DNA from: Macrostomum lignano
Lineage: Eukaryota
Length of the DNA stretch: 64,000 bases
NCBI GenBank assembly: GCA_002269645.1
Contig: NIVC01001457.1
Location: 186,001 to 250,000 of the forward strand
Direction: 5' to 3'
Under the pieces are notes generated by a model. It worked only from the letters and a program-made list of their open reading frames with translations. It was not told the DNA's origin and did not search any database. Below, in pieces: positions 12,543 through 26,174 of the stretch. A program made the translations under genes and the position numbers. Position 1 is the first letter of the stretch. Each line of letters starts with the position of its first letter.

Positions 12543-13583
12543 TTAATTGTAGTTGATTGTTGCCACTGCCGGATCATAAAATCTGAAGTTTATTAAAAGG
12601 CCTCTTTTTTTAAATGCGTCGTGAAGGCCGCATCATGTAAAATTACTGAGGAACTAAAAGTAAGACTCAAAGCCAGCACCCTCACTCCGCGTGGCTGTGC
12701 AGTCAGGCTGAATTACCATCCACCCCACTCCAATCCCTTCAGTAGCAAACCCCCAGCCTGATAAGCCAGCACCCTCACTCCGCGTGGCTGTGCAGTCAGG
12801 CTGAATTACCATCCACCCCACTTCAATCCCTTCAGTAGCAAACCCCCAGCCTGATAAGTCAGCACCCTCACTCCGCCTGGCTGTGCAGTCAGGCTGAATT
12901 ACCATCCACCCCTCTCCAATCCCTTCAGTAGCAAACCCCCAGCCTGATAAGCCAGCACCCTCACTCCGCGTGGCTGTGCAGTCAGGCTGAATTACCATCC
13001 ACCCCACTCCAATCCCTTCAGTAGCAAACCCCCAGCCTGATAAGCCAGCAACCTCACTTTACAATAACAGCCTAAATCGTCACACCCTTTGAAGTGAATT
13101 AGTTACTTATTTCGCTCTCTGCATTACTTCAAATTTAGCTTCAAAGAGGAAACATACTTGAATTCCATTAGTCTCTGGTTGCAATTCCTATTGCTGCAGA
13201 CGTGCACTCGTGTCATAAATTTTCTGTGTATGTAGGGCAACAGAAAACCCAGGCCGAGAAGAAAACTGCGAAAAACGTTGGCATTGAATTTCCTGTTTTT
13301 TAGCTTTTCAAGCTATACTGTAGAGTGCACTCAATACAGCAGGCTAGCAATAGTAGTAGCTTACACGTTTGTCTGTCTGTGTCTGTCTGCCTGTCTGTCT
13401 GTCTGTCTGCCTGTCTGTCTGTCTGTGTCTGTCTGTCTGTCTGCCTGTCTGTCTGTGTCTGTCTGTCTGTCTGTCTGTCTGTCTGCCTGTCTGTTTGTAT
13501 GTATGTCTGCCTGTCTGTCTGTGTCTGTCTGTCTGTCTGCCTGTCTGTCTGTGTCTGTCTGTCTGTCTGTCTGCCTGTCTGTA

Positions 13584-13622
<39 letters not shown>

Positions 13623-13773
13623 GCCTGTCTGTTTGTATGTATGTCTGCCTGTCTGTCTGTCTGTCTGCCTGTCTGTCTGTGTCTGTCTGTCTGTCTGTCT
13701 GCCTGTCTGTCTCTGTCTGTCTGTCTGCCTGTCTGTCTGTCTGTCTGTCTGTCTGTCTGCCTGTCTATCTGCC

Positions 13774-13806
<33 letters not shown>

Positions 13807-13837
13807 GCCTGCCTGTCTGTCTGTCTGTCTGTCTGTC

Positions 13838-13934
<97 letters not shown>

Positions 13935-14132
13935 CAGTGCTTGCACGCGGTCAAGCTTCATCACACAGTTGATGCTCTGCACAGCAACTCACGGAAATGT
14001 GATGAAGCCGAGCAGCAGCGAGCAGAAGTCCTGGTACCAGCACACCTCAAGCTCAACATGCGACCCCGTGTTGCCGCACTGCGGGCAGATCAGCTGATTG
14101 CAGCCCATGTCTTTCTTTACCAGGATGCCCAT
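12543..14132 (-). CDS. Small LITAF-domain (zf-LITAF-like) membrane-associated protein, ~95 aa, three exons
   Basis: Exons 14132-13993 (donor GTGAGT, phase 2), 13265-13158 (acceptor TTTTTCGCAG, donor GTATGT, phase 2) and 12582-12543 (acceptor AACTTCAG). Protein: [95 protein letters not shown]. The CxxC - hydrophobic stretch - HxCxxxxC layout matches LITAF. Without the last splice the frame ends at 13124. An AATAAA lies at ~12155 on the minus strand. Confidence 0.8.
12672..13050. repeat. 93-bp tandem repeat, four copies, in predicted LITAF intron 2
   Basis: GCCAGCACCCTCACTCCGC recurs with period 93. Confidence 0.95.
13370..13933. repeat. (CTGT)n microsatellite in LITAF intron 1
   Basis: Directly visible. 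Confidence 0.97.
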
Positions 14133-14289
14133 TTTGTGTCTTTGAAATTATCAAGCCTTTGTGTGCGAGTCGCCTGAGCCAACTATTGCTCGTGTTGTCT
14201 TATGAATTGAATAAATAAATCACTTAGGTAGTGCTGCTTCCAATAATGGCAATGCAGTCTCAAGTTCACCATAGACAAAATCAGTATTT

Positions 14290-16045
<1,756 letters not shown>

Positions 16046-17519
16046 CAGAGCGACATTGAAAGTAACCTGTACTTACGAATATTTTAAGTGTCTCCAACAT
16101 TTATGGTGCAGAAATTATTCAAAGAATCGAAACTTTAACAGTTTATTTTTAAGATTAAAAATATTTATAGAATGATTTGTTGGAGTATTATCATACCAGT
16201 GTAACATGCAGTTACTAAGTATTTTAATTATAAACATGTTAGCCAAAATATCTTGGCAATACCAGTATTCTTTGTTCTGACAGACTGCTGCTGGTCAAAG
16301 TCCAGTCAGTTCTATAAATGAAAATACGGCTCGTATTTGATATAATATGCAAATAAACAAATCGGAGTTGAAGAGCATTGTTAACCGAGAGCTTCTGCAA
16401 AGGACAAAACAATCAACGCTTATTGTGAGTTGAGTAAAAAAGCATTCACAAAAAGTTGACGGAAATTATGCTTTAAAAAAGTCAATATCTTCTATGCTTG
16501 GTGGTACCGCTTTAGACAGGACTATACGTAGGATAGACGGGTTTTTTTAGTAAAGAAAATTTAAGCATCGTTGTTAGAAATTGATTATTGCAACAAAACA
16601 TAAAGCCGGAAAAATACGTCAATAGACTTTTGTATTCGGAAACGCAAAGCATTAAAGCCAATTATGTACGGTTTTGTTTGACTGCACACTTCTTTTCGTA
16701 TTACCATCACTGGGGCACTTAATTCCATCAATAAAACGATTTTTCAAATAAGGACAGCTCTATGCGTGTTTTTTGTAAAGCAAGTTAGAGAACAACATTT
16801 ATTCTTTGCCAAGTTGCAAAAATCAGTAGAGAGTTGTTTTCAATCTGAAAGAAAAACTTCCCTCACGGAGAATTTTTCAACATACTGGAGACAGCTTTAT
16901 GTAGCTAGAAGGCTTGTTGAGTACGATTATTCACTATCACAAATGAATAGGATAAATAATAATTGCTTACACATTGTTTAGATTATGTTTTAACTAGCTA
17001 TGCTTTGATTTTTTGGTGCAGATTTAATTATAGAATAGACGAATTGACAAAAGGGACGAACTGCAGTAGCAAGAATACTCGTAGCTCGTAGGTTTGTTGG
17101 AATTTTCTAGCGTTGAGTTCTTCTCAACTGAATTTGTCTATGGCTAAAGCCCATAATACACTACTAGCAGTACGATAATTTACGCTGATACTTAATGCCC
17201 ACAGCTCATTTCTAAGAAAATGGAGTTCACCGCGTCCTTCTACTGCAGTTGTAAATGTTGATCAAGTTTACGTGTCTTGTTCGATATTGATTCACGGTGC
17301 TGCTTCGTCGTAAATTTACCCTGCTTATTTCAGAAACCTACTCAGTGGGGGCTAGGGGGCCGTCCCCTTGTAATCGCCCCTTCATCAAAAATCGCGCTCC
17401 TCCAATAACTAAATGAAGGAGGTAACTAAGGTCAACAAATGACAGGAGTTCAACTTTTGTGTCACCTCTTGAATGCAGCACGTAGCATTCACGGGCCTAG
17501 CAGACACGTTTACAGGGGA

Positions 17520-17735
17520 ACCCACCAAGAGACAGGGGCGCCTACCAACAGACAGGGACGCTCACTAACAAACTGGGACGCCCACCAAGAGGCAGGGACG
17601 CTCACTAACAAACTGGGACGCCCACCAAGAGGCAGGGACGCTCACTAACAAACTGGGACGCCCACCAAGAGGCAGGGGCGCTCACTAACAAACTGGGACG
17701 CCCACCAAGAGACAGGGGCGCTCACTAACAGACCA
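17520..17735. repeat. 40-bp tandem repeat (CCCACCAAGAGGCAGGGACGCTCACTAACAAACTGGGACG), ~5 copies
   Basis: Period 40 read directly. Confidence 0.9.
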
Positions 17736-18036
17736 AATATTGGTGCCCCTCATGGTTGCGGCCCTGTACACTTAAAATTCCTGCGTAAGTCACTTGGCTT
17801 GTTTGCCTGGGTCAGGTATTGTTTCAGTAACATGTTGTACTTTAACATAAAACAGGTGAGGCGACCTCTCCAGACTAGGTGAGATTTTGTCCTATTTTTT
17901 AGTAAAAATTAATCTTACCTCCAACAATATTGACGACACATTGTAGTGAGAGATATAATATTTCTATAATTAGACTTTTTAGCAAATAAGAAAACTTCTC
18001 GCGAAAGCTACCAAAGTTTTCAGGCCAGCTTCGGTT

Positions 18037-21000
18037 TCAGAACAGGCCGCAGTCCTTCAAATTGTTCTTGATGATGATGTCAATCACCGCGTCGAACACC
18101 ACCTTGATGTTGTTGGTGTCGGTGGCGCAGGTGAAGTGCGTGTAAATTGTCTTCGTGGCCTTGCGCTTGTTGAGATCTTCGAACTTCTGCCTGATGTACT
18201 GGCTGGCCTCGTCGTAGTTGTCGGAGCCCGAGTACTCCTCGAAGCAGACGGTGAGGGGGCTCTTCTTGATTTTCTCCTCAAACAGGTCGCGCTTGTTCAA
18301 AAATAAAATTATCGACGTGTTGACGAACCACTGCGAGTTGCAGATGGACTCAAACAGACGCATGGACTCGTGCATTCGATTCGTGCTCTGATCTTCCACC
18401 AGTTTCAAATCGTACTCGGACATGGCCACGAGGAACAGGATGGCCGTGACGCCTTCAAAGCAGTGCATCCACTTCTTGCGCTCGGAGCGCTGACCACCTG
18501 TTGTAATTGAACGTCACACCTCATCGTTACGATAAAATGATTGAAATTTAATCAGTTTGCATCGTGGAAAAGATTTACATACATAAAATCTGTGCAGTAG
18601 ATAAGATTTCATTCAACTCTTAGCCATAACTCCTCACTCTCTCCTAACCAGCCTAAGCTGGTTCATTGTGACCCGAATTGCATCGCTTGGAACATTTGAG
18701 ACGCGGATCAGTGGTACATTAACTCTATGTAAAAATTGCATCACGTGACTGCTTTACAACTTCTATTATATAAGTAACATTCCCTATCTTTGCATTGGTG
18801 TAAATGTGTGCAATAATGGCTTAACTGCATTATGCTATGAAGTGACGTTATCCAAAATTGATGTCATCTCTGAAATGAGGACTTCAATAAACTTCATAAG
18901 CCTACAATGACTCATAAAATTTCGTGCGGCTAATAAAATGATCACATATCCCATATCTTAAAAAAGTACTCGGCGATACTAATTTTTAGGGCGTCTATAT
19001 TTAGGTATATTATAAGACCTTAGAGCTGCAATGCTTAGAGTCCCATGAGACCTTATATGCTGCTAACAAGCAGGTAGACAGCCCCCCCCAGCCGGTGTCA
19101 GATCAGCTTTCTTACAACCGCCATCGCTAATTAACTGAGTCAGAGAAAAATCAGCCTCATCAGGTTTGCTCATTAACGCGAGCGCGAACACCTGCTGCAG
19201 AGAATGACTTCCCGTCTCCTACTCTCTTTTGTCACTCCGAGGGCATCCGCTATTTTTTAGTAGCAAACCTCCTTCATCTGCCGAGAAGCTGGACCGCTCT
19301 ATAAAGCATCTCCGATTTCATGTCAACAACAATTGCCAAGTCTGAGCCTTCTGGTTTTTTCTTTTTCACCTTTTATGGCCTTTACGAGCAACTCAACTTA
19401 GTGCAGGCTCAGCCTCCCAGATGACGCGCCCGAGCAAGAAAAGGCGCTCCATGGACAACTAGAGTAGAAGGACGTTACACTCGGCTTTCGTGGAAATCGG
19501 GCTGAAGGCCAAATTTTGTCCATGAGGCGCTCGTGCAGGGTGAGGCGCCTTTGCAGCGGAGTAGAGCCCACCAAATGCGCTGGCAATGGGACAGATATTG
19601 CGTTTCGTACCAGCCTCCAGATCATTTCTAGGAAAATCAGCTGTCCATGACCTTGGCGCCCACCCACGTGCGCTCTTCATCCTTCGTCAATAGTTGAATA
19701 ATTAAGAGCAGCAATTACTATATCTCAGCGGCTCTGGAACATGGTCATGTCTCAAGCCTCTCCAAGCCAATGTTCTACAGTCACCTCGAGCATAGCTAAA
19801 GAGAAAAAAATTGACAGTGTAGCAGAAGTCACGCAATGCCGATCGCTTGAGCTGCGATTTCCAGTCTTGCCTGGGATTGACAGCAAAAATCCCCAACCCC
19901 CCCCCCCGCCGCTCGACGGGAGATTAAATTTGTTCGACTGGCACGCACCGGAGATTCGGGTTGCCTCTTCTGCTCCTTTGAGGCATCGGGGCTAATTAAA
20001 TTGCAGCGCTTTCTGCCCAAAATCCTCGACTCGGGACCTGCTAATTGCTAATCCACGCAGTCATTGAAAGCGATTTAATCCCCAGGACCTGCAGACTCCG
20101 TGCGAAGAAGATTTGAGCACCTAAACGGGACCCCAAGGTGGCCCCAGGTGAGACAGTCAGTCAGCATTCGCTGCAATGGCTCAGAGCTACCCTGTCACAT
20201 CGTGGCTGCCTTGAGAAGGCCTCCTGCGTAATAACCACAACCAACTCTCATGAACTCTGCTTCTCAGGAGTCTGCGCTAGTTGTGTGACGATGTCCCCAA
20301 AGGCACTGCACCAGTCAGGTGCCCACAAGCATTTCATTCTATTTTTAGAAATTCACTTTTAGAAATCTTGAAAAAAACCTTTCAGACAATTTCAACCTCC
20401 TTCCGAATTGTCGCAACTGGGTGTGGTTAAAGAAACTCTAAGATGCTGCTAAAATTTTCGACATTTGAGCGACTGCTCACTTATCGAGTGCTGCTAACAA
20501 GTGTTGCAGCACATCAATTGACACAGGAAAGCAGCAATTCTTCAAGCATAGAGTGCTCTCCATGGCATCGGGCAGGTGCGAACCCTGTGGGACTCATCTG
20601 TGATCCTTCTTCACCGTGATGGGTGTCTGTTTCCGGCTATGATCCGAGAGGAGCCTGCAGGTAAAGAATTTGATACGCCAGAAGGGAGATGAATGATCGT
20701 GATGATGATGATGATGGCTGGGGATGGGAGACAGACTCCCGGTCCCCGGATCTTGCCGAGGGTTGTTTTTCTAGGAAAGGGAGAGAGTTGGGAAAAGGGA
20801 TAGGCAGATCTCCCAGTCCGGGGCTGTTCACGAAAAGCAAACACAAGGACAGGCCATCGGGCATCACCCCCACCCAGCTAGCTTTGTCGGAGTTCATGCG
20901 ATGTCGACATTCACGATTTAGATCAATCTGTAGATGATGAGATGACAGAATTAGAGGCTGCAGAAAATGTTTCATTTTTCCCCGACAATTCAGGAAATTT

Positions 21001-23956
21001 TATACTCCTGTCGCCTGAGATTGCGGTGTGCGATTACAGGAATGCAGAAATATAGAGTACTCTGTGTACTTTGCTCACGTTCTTGTTCGCATCGATTCTT
21101 AGAAATTAGCACTTAATTTTCATGAGACTCGGTGGCGTGAGAATCGGTGGCATGAGAATCGGTGGCATGAGAATCAGTGATTGCATGAGAATCGGTGATT
21201 GCATGAGAATCGGTGATTGCATGAGAATCGGAGGCATGAGAATCGGAGGCATGAGAATTGGAGGCATGAAAATCGGTGATTGCATGAGAATCGGTGATTG
21301 CATGAGAATCGGTGCATGCATGAGAATCGGTGATTGCATGAGAATCGGTGATTGCATGAGAATCGGTGATTGCATGAGAATCGGTGCATGCATGAGAATC
21401 GGTGATTGCATGAGAATCGGTGATTGCATGAGAATCGGTGATTGCATGAGAATCGGTGACTGCATGAGAATCGGTGATTGCATGAGAATCGGTGATTGCA
21501 TGAGAATCGGTGATTGAATGAGAATCGGTGATTGAACGAGAATCCGTGATTGAATGAGAATCGGTGATTGAATGAGAATCGGTGATTGAATGAGAATCGG
21601 TGGCATGAGAATCGGTGGCATGAGAATCGGTGGCATGAGAATCGGTGGCATGAGAATCGGTGGCATGAGAATCGGTGGCATGAGAATCGGTGGCATGAGA
21701 ATCGGTGGCATGAGAATCGGTGGCATGAGAATCGGTGGCATGAGAATCGGTGATTGAACGAGAATCCGTGATTGAATGAGAATCGGTGATTGAATGAGAA
21801 TCGGTGATTGAATGAGAATCGGTGATTGAATGAGAATCGGTGGCATGAGAATCGGTGGCATGAGAATCGGTGGCATGAGAATCGGTGCATGCATGAGAAT
21901 CGGTGGCATGAAAATCGGAGGCATGAGAATCGGAGGCCTGAGAATCGGTGGCATGAGAATCGGTGGCATGAGAATCGGTGGCATGAGAATCGGAGGCATG
22001 AGAATCGGTGGCATGAGAATCGGTGGCATGAGAATCGGTGGCATGAGAATCGGTGGCATGAGAATCGGTGGCATGAGAATCGGTGGCATGAGAATCGGTG
22101 GCATGAGAATCGGTGGCATGAGAATCGGTGGCATGAGAATCGGTGGCATGAGAATGTAATTTAAAGGAAATATTCAGTTGTTGCTGGCAACATTCCCAAA
22201 ACTGTAACAATAAAAATGCTGCATATTTCTAACTGAAATTTTTAATTACCAAATTAATCAATCGAATTAGTATTCAATTACAGATCTTTTAACACAGACG
22301 GAACCAAAAAGTGTCATTGTCGGATAGAAGTGCTCCTAATCAATTTCTTTTCCCAGCGTTGGTTTGGAATTCAGAGTGCAATTTTGCATAGAATATGGGA
22401 GACAAACGATCGGCCATGGCAACTCTATTGACACTGAGCAGCTTCTCCTCATGCCCTGTTGCCATGCAATGCACATCAACCGTATTTGCACACTCATCCA
22501 TTTGTGCACTCTTGACACGAAGGCGCCACTGCATGCTTCCTCCTGTGGTCACCGAGATTCCTTGCTTCTTTGTAAAGCTTGGAGATTCGGACATCCTGAT
22601 TTTGGACATTCTGACATCCTGATTTTTGAGATTCTGACATTCTGATTTAGGAGATTCTGACATCCTGATTTGAGAGATTCTGACATCCTGATTTGAGAGA
22701 TTCTGACATCCTGATTTGAGAGATTCTGACATCCTGATTTGAGAGATTCTGACATCCTGATTTGAGAGATTCTGACATTCCGATTTTGAAGATTCTGACA
22801 TCCTGATTTAGGAGATTCTGACATCCTGATTTAGGAGATTCTGACATCCTGATTTAGGAGATTCTGACATCCTGATTTTAGGAGATTCTGACATCCTGAT
22901 TTGGGAGATTCTGACATGCTGATTTTGGAGATTCTGACATCCTGATTTGGGAGATTCTGACATGCTGATTTTGGAGATTCTGACATCCTGATTTGGGAGA
23001 TTCTGACATCCTGATTTAGGAGATTCTGACATCCTGATTTTAGGAGATTCTGACATCCTGATTTTAGGAGATTCTGACATCCTGATTTTAGGAGATTCTG
23101 ACATCCTGATTTTAGGAGATTCTGACATCCTGATTTTAGGAGATTCTGACATCCTGATTTTAGGAGATTCTGACATCCTGATTTGGGAGATTCTGAAATC
23201 TTGATTTGGGAGATTCTGTGATACATTTTGTTTCTCCAATTGCCACCCTCAATAATCCAAAGCACCCTAGCTGACATCCCCAGCTGGCACCTGCGGACAT
23301 TCAGACAGATGCCGATATGAGAATAATTTATAATTTCGTCAATTTTCACTCACCAACGTCAAACACTTTGAAGTCGAGATCCTTAAAGTGGAAATGCGTC
23401 TCCACGATGCCGGTGGTCTTCACTCGGCTGCGCAGGACGTCTTGCTCGGTCGGCAGGTAACCCGGGTGGACAGCCGGTCCAAGGAGTCCAGGTAATAACC
23501 GGCCGAGTCATTCAGCTGGTATTCCTTGGCCCGGGCGAAGCAGTCCTTGATAGCCTGGTCGGCCCACAGACGCTTCAGCGAGTCCACCAGCTCATCGGGG
23601 AACTCGCCCTCCTCGGCTGTCTTCATGTAGCCGCTCACGATCTTTGCGTCGGCCTTGGCCTGATCGCCAGCCTCGATGCCGAGGGTCTCCAGAGCCTGGA
23701 TAATGGTGTACATGCTCTGCACTGTGTTGGCGAAGATGATCGCCACGTACTCCTTGCGCTCCTCTTCCGTGTAGCCTTTGCCGTGAATGATGGTCATCTG
23801 CTTCAGGATTGTACTTTTGCCGCACTCCCCAGCTCCGAGCAGGAGCAGCTTCACCTCCTTCATCGCCTTCTCGGCGTCCGCTCTGAGCTGCTTCTCAATC
23901 TGACGGTTCTTACTGTCCTGATCCTTGTCCACAGGGGCACTGTTGGCGCAACCCAT
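18037..23956 (-). CDS. GNAI: Heterotrimeric G protein alpha subunit, Gi class; two exons; 1-nt frameshift in this sequence
   Basis: Exon 1 is 23956-23354 (MGC N-terminus, [10 protein letters not shown]-loop, then after the frameshift [36 protein letters not shown]). The donor is GTGAGT, phase 1. Exon 2 is 18497-18037 ([22 protein letters not shown]...FLNKRDLF...FTCATDT...[12 protein letters not shown]). The C-terminus matches Gi1/Gi2, including the Cys at -4. The frame breaks at ~23464-23466. Confidence 0.93.
20600..21000 (-). mobile_element. Probable decayed non-LTR retrotransposon (LINE) reverse-transcriptase fragment in the G-alpha intron
   Basis: The minus frame reads [28 protein letters not shown], resembling the LQxDLxxL..W..N..K and LGV..D motifs of CR1/L2/Jockey-type RT C-termini. 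The match is from memory and degenerate. Confidence 0.35.
21121..22155. repeat. 15/18-bp minisatellite (GCATGAGAATCGGTG; GATTGCATGAGAATCGGT) in the G-alpha intron
   Basis: Directly visible; the source of the MPPIL/SHATD pseudo-ORFs. Confidence 0.97.
22585..23215. repeat. 23/24-bp minisatellite (GATTCTGACATCCTGATTTRGGA) in the G-alpha intron
   Basis: Period 23-24. Confidence 0.97.
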
Positions 23957-25564
23957 GACGTGATTTTGAGTCTTTGTTCAGCTTTGGCTAACCGTGGGAC
24001 GTCTTTTCCTTCTGCCTCGTGGGAGCGACGCAGCGGGGATTAAAGCTGGATCCAGGTGGGTGGGTGGTTGTTTGTCGCGGGAATCGCGAGTCAGCTCGGG
24101 GGTTGGCAGAAATAGAAGTTTTCACGTAGTCCCTCCTCAATTTACATAGCAGAAGCTCTGCCCACCTGCCCACCACCCCGGGATTCGCTACAGCATCCCG
24201 TATCCACCTGCCGTCAAACCCGTCTCCCTTCCTATCCAGCGGCCCAAGGCCCAGGATCACCCAGACTCTCATCCTCTGTCTTCCCCGTCCATCCCCATCC
24301 AGCCTCACAGCGAGCTCATCACGCAGTCCAGCCCAGGACAGACTCGATGCTCGCCGGGCGCTCATTGGACTCAGGCTTGGAGGCGCTGAGGATGCTAAGA
24401 GGAAGTGAAGACAGTCAGGTAGCAGAACTCTCCTGCTCGCTGCTGGAGCTGCAGGTAGCGGAGATGCACGGGGTTGGAGGGGGGAGGCAAGACTGCATGC
24501 AGCAACGGCAGGATTCCGGCAAGGAAGAAGGAATGAGAGAGCTGAGAGAGCGCGTGCTCAAGTCACGTCTCGCGCATTCAAATCAAAAAGGTCATCACCG
24601 ATAGCTCTGGCCTCTTCGTTCCGGATCTTCGTTGCTTTTCCAGCGCCCTTAGGACAATTTTGTGACATTGTTAACTGTTGAGTCCCAACCCCCCTTGCAG
24701 TCCCGCCCCTCCACCCAAGTCAATCAGCTTCCTTCTCAATATTGCATTCCCCATTCCTGCCTGGCTAAAACATTCCCCTCAATCGGTGCGATGGCCAGAG
24801 CCCCTTCCACACTCGATTGTTCGTCAGCTGCTTCGACCACGCTTTGACTCTTGACGACAGGGTGGAGCTGGGACGAGATTCGTTGAGAATAATATGTAGT
24901 GAGACGAGGGACTCACTAGTCTGAGCTACAGGGGGAGGGGGGTTCTGAGGGAGGGTGGGCGCGGCGCCGGTTGTCATGGCGACCAGATCCTCAACAGGGG
25001 TAAATAGGGCGATCACGGGCTAGAAGAGATGGGAGAGAGAGGGGGGAGGCGAGGCCCGGGGCGGGTACGAAGTGAGTTTAAAGACTCAGAGAGCGGAGAG
25101 CAAACGCTGAGGCGGGTGCAGGTGAGGGGTGTGGGAACCAGTCAGGCCGCAGAATCTCCTGGATCAGGTGAACGGTGAGGCAGAAAGGCGCAGCCGAGCC
25201 AAAAAAGGGCGGGCGGGGCGCCGAGGCGGAGCTGAAGATGGACTCAAAGCGGGGCAGGGATGGGGGGGGCAGTTCGGAGACTGCGCGAGTTGCTCGGCTT
25301 CCCCAATCTGCAACTCAGCAGCCAACTCAGCTTCATCAGCCGTTCAATCTCCGGCAAGCATCTATAGCTCCAAGCAAATTCCTCTTGTCCGACTCAGTAT
25401 TAATAATAAAGATAAATTCTCACAAAATCTTCAAGTCTCTGAGCAGATTTTGCATGTCGCTTAGGCTTATCGCAATTCTTTAGCATAGCCTTCTTTATCG
25501 GTAGACCCGTAGAGCAACCCGCCAGGCATTGGCGAGATCGGAAGTCTTCAGTTTTTTAGCACTA

Positions 25565-25870
25565 GAGGGGATTGCAGCCTGGTGGTTAGAGCGGTGGACT
25601 CCCGACTTGAAGGTCGGAGGCTCGATTCTCGACCCACTGATCGGAACTATTTGTGTCATTTGAGCAAGACACTTGACTGTACATTACTACAGTTTACTCG
25701 GTTGTAAACTGGGTGCCAGCATCAGCTGGGGTAATTGAGGGGTAACTCAGTCCTTGGACTGAACAGCCGTACGCAGCCTTCAGATGTGCCGCGCAATAGC
25801 GGCGGCTGAGCTGTCGGTTGCACATCTGGCCCATTGGCTCAACTAAATTGAACTCTGAGTCAACTAAAAT
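25565..25870 (+). mobile_element. tRNA-derived SINE with a CORE-like central domain
   Basis: A-box-like TGGTGGTTAGAGC at ~25580 and B-box-like GCTCGATTC at ~25620. These are followed by TGTGTCATTTGAGCAAGACACTTGAC...CAGTTTACTC...TGTAAACTGGG, which resembles the MIR/CORE consensus TGTGACCTTGGGCAAGTCACTTAAC...CAGTTTCCTC..TGTAAAATGGG. The 3' end is uncertain. Confidence 0.65.
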
Positions 25871-26174
25871 CAAATTTCTGGCTGCGGGACGATCTACACA
25901 GTGTACCTACTATTAAGATACACTCTTAGTTTAGACACAGTTCGCTCGATGTTATGACCTGAATTGAGTCAGAATGCACATATGCGCTGAATGTTTATGC
26001 AGTTTCATTCCTCACCAAAAACATCGAAAAACATCGACCAAACCCCGTAGAACGCACAGATAAGCGCGAACTCCAGCTGCTGCCTGGTGGCGATGGCAGG
26101 TGCGGAGTGGCAGTTGGAAAACATGCAGTTTATTGAGAGCCTACTTGGACTGGGGCCTAGCGACCTGTGAGGAC

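Noticed and set aside
12672-13050. CRISPR-like array (repeat units with palindromes); also considered for 1-590 and 17520-17735
   Set aside because: There are no unique spacers and no cas genes, and the context is eukaryotic.
21106-23349. MPPIL, SHATD and RMSESPK repeat ORFs
   Set aside because: They are minisatellites inside the G-alpha intron, open in several frames on both strands.
23460-23475. Programmed ribosomal frameshift in G-alpha-i
   Set aside because: There is no slippery heptamer or evident stimulator; a homopolymer indel is simpler.
23990-25480. GC-rich stretch with short ORFs upstream of G-alpha-i
   Set aside because: It may be a decayed element or 5' UTR/promoter, but I recognised no motif well enough to call it.
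25565-25645. Functional tRNA gene
   Set aside because: The B box is imperfect, I could not fold a clean acceptor stem, there is no T-run terminator, and it runs directly into a SINE core.
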